Source: Eubacteriales bacterium (GTDB taxonomy: Bacteria > Bacillota > Clostridia > Oscillospirales > CAG-382). Taken from it: a stretch of DNA of 64,000 bases. Shown here piece by piece: positions 26,486 to 36,290 of this stretch (its first letter is position 1; every line of letters starts with the position of its first letter). Where the stretch lies: contig JAZNIJ010000239.1 of assembly GCA_045577455.1 (NCBI GenBank), positions 9,886 through 73,885 on the forward strand. Reading direction: 5' to 3'. The notes under the pieces were generated by a model. The model was given only the letters and a program-made list of their open reading frames with translations. It was not told where the DNA came from and did no database searches. The position numbers were made by a program, and so were the translations under genes.

Positions 26486-28087
26486 ATGAGATATTTTAAA
26501 ATCTGTTTTTTATTCATAGTTGCAACTGTTTTTGTTTGGGTGCTTTGTTCTTGCGTAACAACTGCTCCAACTGAAGAAGATAATCCTTCGTATGAATATG
26601 GGGTTAGGGGCGAATATGACAGATTATATTATAACGAGTATGAAGACCATATTGTTATAACCGGGTTTGTTTTTAAAGATGATATTCCTGAATGGGATAT
26701 TTCAAATGTGTCTTTTGATTTATCAACATTTTCAATTGACTCAATATCCAGCGACACATCTCAAGAGTTGGTTGACCCTGAAACCGTAGGAGTTTACGAT
26801 TTGGTTATCCCTGAGTATATATCAGGGAAACCCGTTACAAAAATAGGTAAAAACGCCTTTTATAATATAGCTGCGATAAAATCTGTTGTTCTTCCTTCAA
26901 CTTTAACAGAAATTCACGACGGTGCGTTTTATGGTTGCATAAATATACCTTCTTTTGATTTTCCTGCCTCCCTTGTTTCTATTGGGAGAAATGCGTTTGG
27001 AAAATGTACGGAGGTTGTTGAAATTAAAACTCCTGAAAATATGACAGTTATAGGGCCATATGCCTTTTCAGGACTTTCAAACCTCAGATATCTCACAATA
27101 TCCGAAAATGTTGTTGAGGTTAAAGAGGGAGGATTTTCAGGTCTCTCGAATGTTTATGATTTGCAATTGCCTGAAAATCTGGAAATAATAGGTGCAAAAG
27201 CGTTCAGAAAATTTCAGTCCATAACTTCGCTAACAATTCCATCCAATGTTAGTTTTATAGGTCTTGAGGCATTTTATAATTGCAACAATCTTGCTTCGAT
27301 AACTTTTAACGGTGCGCCTGAAATTATTGGAGACCAAGCATTTGCTGTTTGCGGTATTGAACATTTAGATTTGAAAGATGGGATTTCAACATTGGGAAGC
27401 AAGGTTTTTAGAGATTGCACAAATCTTGAAACCGCTAACCTTGGTTCTGTTAAATCAGTTGGATATAATCTTTTTGACGGATGCAAGAATTTGGCAAATA
27501 TCAAGATATCATCATTTATGACGAAATTAACAGGAGGAATGTTTTATAATTGCGATTCTTTGAGCGATGTATCTGTTCCAAATTCTGTTAAAATTGTTGA
27601 AAAATGGGCGTTTTTTAATTGTGATTCTCTTGAGAAAATAGATTTGGGAGCTGTTGAGGTAATAGGCGAAGAATCTTTTATGGGCTGCCTTAATTTAAAA
27701 ACAGTTAAGTTTCCGGATATGCTTTCTATTATCAGCGACAGAGCTTTCAATAAATGTACATCTTTGAATAACATAAAAGTAACTGCTGAAACTGTTGGTA
27801 AAGAAGCGTTTTATTGGTGTACATCTCTTGAAAATGTTGTTTTTTCTGAAACTGTTAAGTATATAGGTGTAAGAGGGTTTGCTCGCTGTATATCTCTCAC
27901 CAATGTTGAGCTTTCGGATGGCGTCATGATATTGGATTCATATTCCTTCGGAGGTAATACCAAGCTGGAAAAGGTTGTTTTCGGAAAAGCAGTTGAAGAT
28001 GTTAAACATGGGGCTTTTGAAAGTTCGTCTCCGAGTTTTGTTGCAGGTAACTCATATACAGAAGAATGGATAAAATCCAATCAATAA
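26486..28087 (+). CDS. BspA-type leucine-rich-repeat surface lipoprotein.
   Basis: Lipobox VWVLCSC. Many repeats of IGxxAFxxCxxLxxI.lP..v..I (LRR_5-like periodicity of about 23 aa). Confidence 0.7.
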   Translation: MRYFKICFLFIVATVFVWVLCSCVTTAPTEEDNPSYEYGVRGEYDRLYYNEYEDHIVITGFVFKDDIPEWDISNVSFDLSTFSIDSISSDTSQELVDPETVGVYDLVIPEYISGKPVTKIGKNAFYNIAAIKSVVLPSTLTEIHDGAFYGCINIPSFDFPASLVSIGRNAFGKCTEVVEIKTPENMTVIGPYAFSGLSNLRYLTISENVVEVKEGGFSGLSNVYDLQLPENLEIIGAKAFRKFQSITSLTIPSNVSFIGLEAFYNCNNLASITFNGAPEIIGDQAFAVCGIEHLDLKDGISTLGSKVFRDCTNLETANLGSVKSVGYNLFDGCKNLANIKISSFMTKLTGGMFYNCDSLSDVSVPNSVKIVEKWAFFNCDSLEKIDLGAVEVIGEESFMGCLNLKTVKFPDMLSIISDRAFNKCTSLNNIKVTAETVGKEAFYWCTSLENVVFSETVKYIGVRGFARCISLTNVELSDGVMILDSYSFGGNTKLEKVVFGKAVEDVKHGAFESSSPSFVAGNSYTEEWIKSNQ

Positions 28088-28104
28088 TAGAAAGTTGTGA
28101 TTAA

Positions 28105-28716
28105 ATGAGTAAAATAACTCTTGGTATATTTGGAGGGTCATTTGACCCGCCTCATGTTGGGCATATCAGGTTATGTAGTGAATTTTCAAAGGTTGTTGGT
28201 TCTAAAATCTATGTTATGCCCGCAAAGGTTTCTCCGTTTAAACAACAAAAAAGTTTTGGTGCAACCGATGAGGACAGAATGGAAATGTGCAAACTTGCTT
28301 TTTCTTCAATCAAAGGCGTTGAAATAAGTGATTTTGAGCTTAGAAAAGAAGAAGTCAGCTATACTTATAAAACTGTTGAACATTTTTTAAGTATAAATCC
28401 AAACGAAAAAATATGCCTATGCGTTGGAGCAGATTGTCTTGAATCGTTGGAATGCTGGGCAAATGCAGAGTATCTTTTCAAAAATTGTTCGTTTGTTGCT
28501 GCATACAGATATGAAGACGGCAACAGGTCTTTTGGAGAAGCGATGCAACGGTTAAAAATTAAATACAATGCCGATATAATTTCTTTGGGATATGACCCAA
28601 TTTCTGCTTCATCAACAGAAATAAGAGAGGCAATTTCAGAAGGAAGAAATATAGAAGGGCTTCTTTCAGACGAAGTTGCGCTTTATATAAAAGAAAAAGG
28701 TTTGTATGGAGGTTAA
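28105..28716 (+). CDS. nadD: Nicotinate-nucleotide adenylyltransferase NadD.
   Basis: GIFGGSFDPPHVGH gives the (H/T)xGH nucleotidyltransferase motif. Length is typical for NadD. Confidence 0.85.
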   Translation: MSKITLGIFGGSFDPPHVGHIRLCSEFSKVVGSKIYVMPAKVSPFKQQKSFGATDEDRMEMCKLAFSSIKGVEISDFELRKEEVSYTYKTVEHFLSINPNEKICLCVGADCLESLECWANAEYLFKNCSFVAAYRYEDGNRSFGEAMQRLKIKYNADIISLGYDPISASSTEIREAISEGRNIEGLLSDEVALYIKEKGLYGG

Positions 28717-28721
28717 GGTCT

Positions 28722-29324
28722 GTGAATATTAAAAGAGAAGATGTATTGAAATTACTTGTACTTTCTCCGCGTAGATATGAACATACTTTAGGAACTGAAA
28801 AAACAGCTCTTGTTCTTGCACGCACACATTATCCGTTTTTAGATGAAGAAAAGGTGAGCGTTTCCGCTTTGTTACACGATCTGACAAAGGAATATACTGT
28901 CCAAGAGCATATTTCGGTTGCCCGTAAATATGGGTATGAGTTTTCAGAATTTGAACTTTTGTCTCCAAAGTTGCTTCATTCAAAAACAGCATCATATATA
29001 GCAAGGCACGAGTTGAAATTACCTGATGATGTTTGTGATGCAATTTATTATCACACAACGGGAAAACCTGAAATGAAACCTCTTGAAACAATAATTTATT
29101 TTGCAGACTACATTGAGGAAACGAGAAAAGATGAGGTTTGTGTTGAACTTAGAGAAAAGTACCTTTCGCTTTTGGAAAAAACAGAAAAAAACGATGCATT
29201 AAACAAAGCATTGGTTCTTTCGTTTGATTATACAATAGTTAATCTTATGGAAAAAAGCAAGATTATTGACCAAAATACAATAAATGCAAGAAATTACTAT
29301 TTATTGAAAACATTAACAAAATAG
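28722..29324 (+). CDS. yqeK: HD-domain phosphohydrolase YqeK (Ap4A hydrolase family).
   Basis: Conserved nadD-yqeK-rsfS order. HD motif ..LLHDLTKE... GTG start overlapping the nadD stop. Confidence 0.7.
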   Translation: MNIKREDVLKLLVLSPRRYEHTLGTEKTALVLARTHYPFLDEEKVSVSALLHDLTKEYTVQEHISVARKYGYEFSEFELLSPKLLHSKTASYIARHELKLPDDVCDAIYYHTTGKPEMKPLETIIYFADYIEETRKDEVCVELREKYLSLLEKTEKNDALNKALVLSFDYTIVNLMEKSKIIDQNTINARNYYLLKTLTK

Positions 29325-29338
29325 TTAAGGAGAAAAAA

Positions 29339-29692
29339 ATGGAAAAATTAACAAAAGAGCAGGAATATAATCTTGCTAAAGAAATGATGAAAGCATTAGA
29401 TGATAAAAAAGGAATGGATGTAACGATATTAGAGGTTGGGAAGAAAACTGTTCTAACAGATTATTTTGTTATTGCAACAGGAACTTCCGGAACTCATGTA
29501 AACGCATTGGCAGATGAAGTTGAGTTTAAGTTAAAAACAGACCATAAAATATCACCTATGAGCGTTCAGGGAAAAAATGAATGGGTTCTTATGGACTATG
29601 GATTTGTTGTTGTGCATATATTCACTCAGGAGGCAAGAAAGCATTATAATCTCGAAAAACTCTGGGAAAACGCCGAGGTTATTGCAGAATAG
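29339..29692 (+). CDS. rsfS: Ribosome silencing factor RsfS (Iojap).
   Basis: 117 aa. DVTILEVGKKTVLTDYFVIATGTSGTHVNALADEV.. is the RsfS core. Confidence 0.85.
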   Translation: MEKLTKEQEYNLAKEMMKALDDKKGMDVTILEVGKKTVLTDYFVIATGTSGTHVNALADEVEFKLKTDHKISPMSVQGKNEWVLMDYGFVVVHIFTQEARKHYNLEKLWENAEVIAE

Positions 29693-29729
29693 AGTAGACC
29701 TCCTTAACAAATAAAAAGGAGAGAGAACC

Positions 29730-32342
29730 ATGATACTAATGAAATGTAGGAAATGCCTCAGAGAGCTTACCGATTATGATGACTCTGGAAAGGTATACTG
29801 CGAGTATTGTAAAAAAGAATGGCAATATGATATTGATAAGCTCCCGCGTCAAGGAGTTTTAGAGCTTCCTGAAGGAACATATGAGGGCTTGATATTGAAA
29901 AACCGCCCCTTTGGTAATGGTAAACTCACTCTTAAAACAGGTGAAGTTTATGAGGGTGAATGGACGGAAGGAAAGCTAACTGGAAAAGGAAAGCTCACAA
30001 CAGCAGACAGCGTTTATGAAGGTGAGTTTCAAGGCGGTGTTCCTGATGGGGAGGGTGTTGTAAGATATAATAACGGTGATGCTTGCGAGGGTAGCTGGAA
30101 AGAGGGAATGCCCCACGGAAAATGCCTTTGTACATTTGCAAACGGAGACAGATATGAGGGATTCCTTTTTGAAGGAGAATATCAGGGCCAAGGCGTTTTG
30201 AAAAACGAGCTTGGAGAATATAGAGGAGAATTTCTTTCAGGGCAATATTCCGGAGACGGTGATATGGTTTATTCGGATGATTCTCATTATGAAGGTCATT
30301 GGGAACAAGGAAAAAGAAGTGGAACAGGTAAATTCCGTTCTTCGGGCGGACTTGTTTACAATGGTAATTGGGAAAATGATTTATATGATGGTGAGGGAGA
30401 ATTAAAGCTCTCTGACGGAACTGTTTATAAGGGTTCATTTTCTGAAGGAAAATATGATGGAAAGGGTGTGTTGAAAACTCCATCATATTCATACGAAGGT
30501 GATTTTTCCAACGGATTTAAGCAGGGGCAAGGTAATTTGACATCAGAAACTGAAGAATATTCAGGAAGTTTCAAAAACGATGTTTATCATGGAGAAGGAA
30601 CACTTAAAAACAGCGAATACACCTATAGTGGAAATTTTGAAAATGGTGTAAAAAGCGGTAAAGGCAAAATAATATATACAACAGGCATCGAATATGAAGG
30701 CGATTTCGTTAATGGTTATATTGAAGGCGAAGGCGTATATAAAACCCAGAACGGAGATGTTTACTTTGGAACTGTTTCAGGAGGAAAAGTAACAGGCAAG
30801 GGAGAAATAAAGTATGCCAACGGTGATGTGTATATAGGCGAAGTTGTTGACCTTATTAAAAATGGAACAGGAGAATTTACAACCTCATCTTTAAAGTATT
30901 CGGGCAGTTGGAATAACGATTTGTATGATGGTAAGGGTATTCTTACAGAGCCGGATTTTACTTACGAAGGTGATTTTTCATCAGGCGTTAAAGAAGGTAA
31001 TGCGGTTTGCACTTTTGCAAATGGTGAAAAATTTTATGGTGAATATTCAGGTGATATCCCCTCGAAAGGAAAGTTGAATTTTTCGGGTAATGTTTTTGAA
31101 GGTAGCTTTGAAAACGGAGATATTGCTCTTGGAATATTGACATCAGAAAACGGTGATATTTATAATGGAAGTCTGGTAAACAGAAAATACCAAGGGATTG
31201 GTACTTTAAAAACATCCGATGGAAATTTAATAGAAGGTGAATTTTTACATGGAGAATTCAGTGGGAACGGAAAAATAACATATGCAAACGGCAATGTTGC
31301 GGAAGGCAGCTTTGTGAATTATCTGCTTCATGGTGCCGGAAAAGAGACTCTTGTTGACGGTGAAACATATAGAGGTGAATTTGCAGACGGAAAACGCCAT
31401 GGAATGGGCGAATGTGTTTTTTCAAATAAAGAAATTTATTCGGGAACTTTCACATTTGGTTGTTGTACAGGAACAGGAACTTATATCTATGCAAACGGCG
31501 AAAGATATGAGGGGGCTGTTGAGAATAAACAGCGTCACGGTGTTGGAAAAATGACATATACCAACGGAAATGTCTATGAAGGAGACTGGGTAAACGGTTT
31601 TAAAACAGGAAAAGGCACTCTTCTGTTTTCTAATGGAGATATATATGTTGGTGAGTTTTCTGGAGATAAAATTCAGGGCAAGGGTAAGAAGAACTATGCT
31701 AAGGGCTCTGTGTATGAAGGTGATTTTGTTGACGGAAAGCGCGAAGGAAATGGAAAAATCACTTGGAAAGACGGCAGCTACTATTTTGGCGGTTATGTTG
31801 CTGACAAAAGAACGGGTGAAGGAGAGTTTGTTTCTGCTTCAGGCGATGTATATAAAGGCGGTTTTAAAGAAGGAAAAAAACACGGAAATGGAGTTCTTAC
31901 CTATAGCAATGGTATAACATATAAGGGCGGCTTTGTTGAAAACGAATTCTCTGGTGATGGTGAATATGTAAGCCCGGAAGAAAGCTATATTGGTTCCTTC
32001 CTAAAAGGTTGTAAAGATGGTAATGGAACACTTTCGACTAAATTCGGCGAGTATATTGGCGGATTCAAAGAAGGTAAAAAGAGCGGAAAAGGCATATACA
32101 AATATGCTTGCGGCGATGTATATGATGGCGGCTTTGAAAATGGTAGGCGCAACGGTCGTGGGATATATACATGGGTAAGCGGCACCGTTTATGATGGCGT
32201 TTGGAAAAACGGAAGAAGATGCGGTGAAGGTAAACTGGTTAAAAATGGCGAAATAATTTTTGAAGGACTTTGGAAAGGTGATAACCCAATAAGGGCTGAT
32301 GAAGCGCAGGAGATTGCTTCAGAATCAAATAATGAAGTTTAA
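29730..32342 (+). CDS. Large MORN-repeat protein with an N-terminal C4 zinc ribbon.
   Basis: 870 aa. N-terminus CRKCLRELTDYDDSGKVYCEYC. Then more than 30 consecutive 23-aa MORN units (YEGEWxxGKxxGKGxxxxxxGxx). AAGGAGAG ribosome-binding site. Confidence 0.8.
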   Translation: MILMKCRKCLRELTDYDDSGKVYCEYCKKEWQYDIDKLPRQGVLELPEGTYEGLILKNRPFGNGKLTLKTGEVYEGEWTEGKLTGKGKLTTADSVYEGEFQGGVPDGEGVVRYNNGDACEGSWKEGMPHGKCLCTFANGDRYEGFLFEGEYQGQGVLKNELGEYRGEFLSGQYSGDGDMVYSDDSHYEGHWEQGKRSGTGKFRSSGGLVYNGNWENDLYDGEGELKLSDGTVYKGSFSEGKYDGKGVLKTPSYSYEGDFSNGFKQGQGNLTSETEEYSGSFKNDVYHGEGTLKNSEYTYSGNFENGVKSGKGKIIYTTGIEYEGDFVNGYIEGEGVYKTQNGDVYFGTVSGGKVTGKGEIKYANGDVYIGEVVDLIKNGTGEFTTSSLKYSGSWNNDLYDGKGILTEPDFTYEGDFSSGVKEGNAVCTFANGEKFYGEYSGDIPSKGKLNFSGNVFEGSFENGDIALGILTSENGDIYNGSLVNRKYQGIGTLKTSDGNLIEGEFLHGEFSGNGKITYANGNVAEGSFVNYLLHGAGKETLVDGETYRGEFADGKRHGMGECVFSNKEIYSGTFTFGCCTGTGTYIYANGERYEGAVENKQRHGVGKMTYTNGNVYEGDWVNGFKTGKGTLLFSNGDIYVGEFSGDKIQGKGKKNYAKGSVYEGDFVDGKREGNGKITWKDGSYYFGGYVADKRTGEGEFVSASGDVYKGGFKEGKKHGNGVLTYSNGITYKGGFVENEFSGDGEYVSPEESYIGSFLKGCKDGNGTLSTKFGEYIGGFKEGKKSGKGIYKYACGDVYDGGFENGRRNGRGIYTWVSGTVYDGVWKNGRRCGEGKLVKNGEIIFEGLWKGDNPIRADEAQEIASESNNEV

Positions 32343-32401
32343 TTATTGTTGAGTTATCTCTAATATATAAGCAGTTCAATTTTGAGAGGAGTTTTAATTT
32401 A

Positions 32402-34801
32402 ATGAGATATCGTTTTAGTGAGATAGAAACAAAGTGGCAGAAAAAATGGGAGGAAGCCAAACTTTTTAATGCTGAGGAAAAAAGCAAAAAGCCAAAGTTT
32501 TATTCCCTTATTGAGTTTCCATATCCTTCGGGCGCAGGTATGCACGTTGGTCATATAAAGGCATACAGCGGTCTTGAAGTTGTATCAAGAAAACGCAGAA
32601 TGCAGGGATACAATGTTTTGTTCCCAATCGGTTTTGATGCGTTTGGACTTCCAACAGAAAACTATGCTGTTAAGAATAACTTGCACCCAAGAATAGTAAC
32701 CGATACAAATATCGAAAAATTCACTTCCCAGCTTAAAAAAGTTGGATTTTCCTTTGACTGGACAAGGGTTGTTGATACAACAGAAGAAAATTATTATAAG
32801 TGGACTCAATGGATTTTCCTTAAAATGTTTGAAAAGGGACTTGTTTTCAGAGATACCGCTTTGGTAAATTATTGTCCTCATTGTAAAGTTGTTCTTTCTA
32901 ATGAAGACTCACAGGGTGGAAAGTGCGATATTTGTAAGAGTGATGTTGTTCAGAAATCCAAGGCAGTATGGTATCTCAGAATAACAGAATATGCTGATAA
33001 GCTCCTTTCAGGTCTCGATGAGGTTGATTATCCTCTTAATATCAGACAGCAACAGGAAAACTGGATAGGCAAATCAACAGGTGCATTTGCTAATTTCAAA
33101 ATTAAAGGAACTGATGAAAAGCTCCGTATATATACAACAAGATGTGACACTCTTTTCGGTGTAACCTTTATGGTAATTGCTCCTGAAAATCCAATTATAG
33201 ATTTGCTTTCCGAAAAAGTTAAGAATATGGATGCCATAGAGGCATACAGAGCAGAATGTGCAAAGAAAACAGAGTTTGAACGCACACAGCTTGTTAAGGA
33301 TAAGACAGGTGTAAGAATTGAGGGTCTTGAAGCAATTAACCCTGTTACAGAGGAAACAATTCCAATATATATTTCTGACTATGTAATGATGGGCTATGGA
33401 ACAGGTGCAATTATGGCTGTTCCTGCACATGACCAGAGAGACTATGAATTTGCAAAGAAATTTGGAATTGAAATAAGAGAAGTAATCAAGGGCGGAGACA
33501 TTGAAAAAGAAGCATATACAGGGGATGGCGAAATGGTAAATTCCGGCTTCCTTAACGGTCTCACCAACAAAAAGGATTCAATAGAAAAAATGCTTGAATA
33601 CCTTTCAGAAAAGGGTATTGGAGAAAAAGGTGTTCAGTATAAAATGAAGGATTGGGCGTTTAACCGTCAAAGATATTGGGGCGAACCAATTCCTCTTGTT
33701 CACTGCGAAAAATGTGGAATAGTTGCTGTTCCCTATGAAGAGTTACCCCTCAAATTACCTGTTATGGAAAAATACGAACCAGGTGTTGGTGGTGAAAGCC
33801 CATTGGCAAAGTGCGACGAATTTGTTAATTGTGCTTGTCCCAAATGCGGCGGAAAAGCAAAGCGTGAAACCGATACAATGCCTCAGTGGGCTGGCTCATC
33901 ATGGTATTTTCTCCGTTATTGCGACCCATTCAATGATAAAGAATTTGCATCAAAAGAAGCTCTTGATTATTGGATGCCTGTAGATTGGTATAACGGTGGT
34001 ATGGAACATGTAACACGCCATTTGATATATTCAAGATTCTGGTATAAATTCCTTTATGATTTAGGACTTGTTCCTGTTTCTGAACCATATGCAAAGCGTT
34101 CTGCTCAGGGATTGATTTTAGGTTCTGATGGCGAAAAAATGAGTAAATCAAAGGGAAATGTTGTTGACCCTAATAATGTTGTTGATTCGTTTGGCGCTGA
34201 TGTTCTCAGAATTTATGTTCTTTTTATGGGAAATTACGGTGATGCAGCACCTTGGTCTGATGAAGGTGTAAAGGGTGCAAAGCGTTTCCTTGAAAGATTT
34301 GCATCTTTGGATGACAATCTTACAGATAAAATGTCATCTCAGGTTGAAAAAGCATTGCATAAAACAGTTAAAAAGGTTTCAGAAGATATAGAATCAATGA
34401 AATATAACACAGCTATTGCTGCAATGATGGGACTTGTTAATGAAATTTCATCTGGTGGTGGAATTGATAGAGAAGGTCTTAAAATATTTGCAAAGATTTT
34501 ATGCCCATTTGCACCACACATTGCTGAGGAAATGTGGGCTGCTTGTGGTGGAGAGGGCTTCTGTTCTGCAGCACAGTGGCCTGAATATGACCCTGAAAAA
34601 ATAAAAGACGATACAATTCAAATCCCCGTTCAGGTGTGTGGAAAGCTCAAAGCGGTTATCACTGTTCCCGCTGAAAGCACCGAAGATACAGTTCTTGAAG
34701 CGGCTATGAAAGAAGAAAAGGTTGTTTCTGCTGTTGAAGGTAAAACTGTTATCAAGAAAATTTATGTTAAAAATAAGCTCTTTAACATTGTTGTGAAATA
34801 G
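32402..34801 (+). CDS. leuS: Leucyl-tRNA synthetase.
   Basis: 799 aa. HIGH region (PYPSGAGMHVGHIKAY), KMSKS (KMSKSKGN), and an editing (CP1) domain. Confidence 0.95.
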   Translation: MRYRFSEIETKWQKKWEEAKLFNAEEKSKKPKFYSLIEFPYPSGAGMHVGHIKAYSGLEVVSRKRRMQGYNVLFPIGFDAFGLPTENYAVKNNLHPRIVTDTNIEKFTSQLKKVGFSFDWTRVVDTTEENYYKWTQWIFLKMFEKGLVFRDTALVNYCPHCKVVLSNEDSQGGKCDICKSDVVQKSKAVWYLRITEYADKLLSGLDEVDYPLNIRQQQENWIGKSTGAFANFKIKGTDEKLRIYTTRCDTLFGVTFMVIAPENPIIDLLSEKVKNMDAIEAYRAECAKKTEFERTQLVKDKTGVRIEGLEAINPVTEETIPIYISDYVMMGYGTGAIMAVPAHDQRDYEFAKKFGIEIREVIKGGDIEKEAYTGDGEMVNSGFLNGLTNKKDSIEKMLEYLSEKGIGEKGVQYKMKDWAFNRQRYWGEPIPLVHCEKCGIVAVPYEELPLKLPVMEKYEPGVGGESPLAKCDEFVNCACPKCGGKAKRETDTMPQWAGSSWYFLRYCDPFNDKEFASKEALDYWMPVDWYNGGMEHVTRHLIYSRFWYKFLYDLGLVPVSEPYAKRSAQGLILGSDGEKMSKSKGNVVDPNNVVDSFGADVLRIYVLFMGNYGDAAPWSDEGVKGAKRFLERFASLDDNLTDKMSSQVEKALHKTVKKVSEDIESMKYNTAIAAMMGLVNEISSGGGIDREGLKIFAKILCPFAPHIAEEMWAACGGEGFCSAAQWPEYDPEKIKDDTIQIPVQVCGKLKAVITVPAESTEDTVLEAAMKEEKVVSAVEGKTVIKKIYVKNKLFNIVVK

Positions 34802-34813
34802 TGAGGTTGTAAA

Positions 34814-35644
34814 ATGAGTTATGCCGATAAGGTTTTTAAACAGAATTGCCTTGACATAATCGAACATGGTTTTATGGATAGTGAGTTGGAAGTCCGTCCT
34901 CGTTGGGAGGACGGAACTCCTGCACATACAATAAAAAAATTCGGTGTTGTTAACCGTTATGATTTAAGCAAGGAGTTTCCAATACTTACCCTTAGGAAAA
35001 CAGCGTTTAAGTCTTGTATAGATGAAATCCTTTGGATATGGCAAAAAAAATCGAACAATATTAACGAGTTGAACAGCCGTATATGGGATTCATGGGCAGA
35101 TGAAAACGGAACAATTGGCAAAGCGTACGGGTATCAACTTGGTGTTAAGCATAAATATAAAGAGGGAATGTTTGACCAGGTAGACAGAATGTTGTTTGAT
35201 CTTAAAAATAATCCTGCTTCAAGACGGATAATGTCAAATATCTATGTACATAGTGATCTTAGCGAAATGGGGCTTTATCCCTGTGCTTATAGCTTAACCT
35301 TAAATGTTTCCGGTAATGTGCTTAACGGTATATTAAATCAGCGTTCTCAGGATATGCTCGTAGCAAACAATTGGAATGTTTGCCAATATGCTGTGCTTAT
35401 GCATATGTTTGCCGCTTCAAGCGGATTGAAGGTTGGAGAGCTTGTTCATGTTATTGCTGATGCTCATATTTATGATAGGCATATTCCCATAGTTAAGGAG
35501 GTGCTTAAAAATCCTGAGTATGATGCACCAAAATTTAACATCGATGAAAGTATAAAAGATTTTTATGCTTTTACAACCGATAGCTTTTCCCTTGATTGTT
35601 ATGTTGCAACAAAATTGGAAACTAAAATTCCTGTTGCAATATAA
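34814..35644 (+). CDS. thyA: Thymidylate synthase ThyA.
   Basis: 276 aa. The ThyA core includes the catalytic region ..LYPCAYSLTLNVSGN.. and ..RRIMSNIY... Confidence 0.9.
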   Translation: MSYADKVFKQNCLDIIEHGFMDSELEVRPRWEDGTPAHTIKKFGVVNRYDLSKEFPILTLRKTAFKSCIDEILWIWQKKSNNINELNSRIWDSWADENGTIGKAYGYQLGVKHKYKEGMFDQVDRMLFDLKNNPASRRIMSNIYVHSDLSEMGLYPCAYSLTLNVSGNVLNGILNQRSQDMLVANNWNVCQYAVLMHMFAASSGLKVGELVHVIADAHIYDRHIPIVKEVLKNPEYDAPKFNIDESIKDFYAFTTDSFSLDCYVATKLETKIPVAI

Positions 35645-35706
35645 AATCTAATTGTAATGAAAGGAATGTCAGGGTGATATTTCATATAGCGCTCTGATAA
35701 TAGATT

Positions 35707-36195
35707 ATGAAAGCCATAGTTGCTGTTAATAAAAAATGGGCGATAGGTTTAGAAGGAAATCTGCTTTATTCTTTGCGTGGAGACATGAAATTCTTTCGCG
35801 AAACAACTATGGGAAAAACTGTTTTGATGGGTAGAAAAACCTTAGATTCGTTTCCTGATGGAAAACCCTTAAAAAACAGAATCAATATAGTTATTTCTCG
35901 CCATAAGGATGATAGAGAAGGTGTTGTCTGGGTTAGCTCGATAGAAGAAGCAATTTCTAAAATTTCAGATACGGAAAAAACTTTTCTTATAGGTGGAGCA
36001 AGCATTTATGAACAGATGATAGATTATTGTTCCGAGGCGTATGTAACTGTTATTGATGATGATAAAATCGGAGATAGCTTTTTTCCAAACCTTAACAGCA
36101 GAGAGGGATGGGAGCTTTATGAAACATCAGAAGCGTTTGAAGAAAACGGAATATCTTACCGTTTTTGCAAATACAGAAATAATAATTTACAATGA
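35707..36195 (+). CDS. folA: Dihydrofolate reductase.
   Basis: MKAIVAVNKKWAIGLEGNLLYSLRGDMKFFRETTMGKTVLMGRKT is the DHFR N-terminal signature. It follows thyA. Confidence 0.85.
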   Translation: MKAIVAVNKKWAIGLEGNLLYSLRGDMKFFRETTMGKTVLMGRKTLDSFPDGKPLKNRINIVISRHKDDREGVVWVSSIEEAISKISDTEKTFLIGGASIYEQMIDYCSEAYVTVIDDDKIGDSFFPNLNSREGWELYETSEAFEENGISYRFCKYRNNNLQ

Positions 36196-36290
36196 TGATT
36201 TTATAGGAACAACAAAAGAGTTTCAAAAAATTCGTCATTTACCCAATATCAAATATTTGAAATAAGATATCACTCAATAAGGAAGTATAA

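Noticed and set aside
32343-32401. Possible T-box leaders upstream of leuS (32343-32401) and ileS (56395-56408).
   Set aside because: The gaps of 59 nt and 14 nt are far too short for a T-box element, and no T-box core sequence is present.
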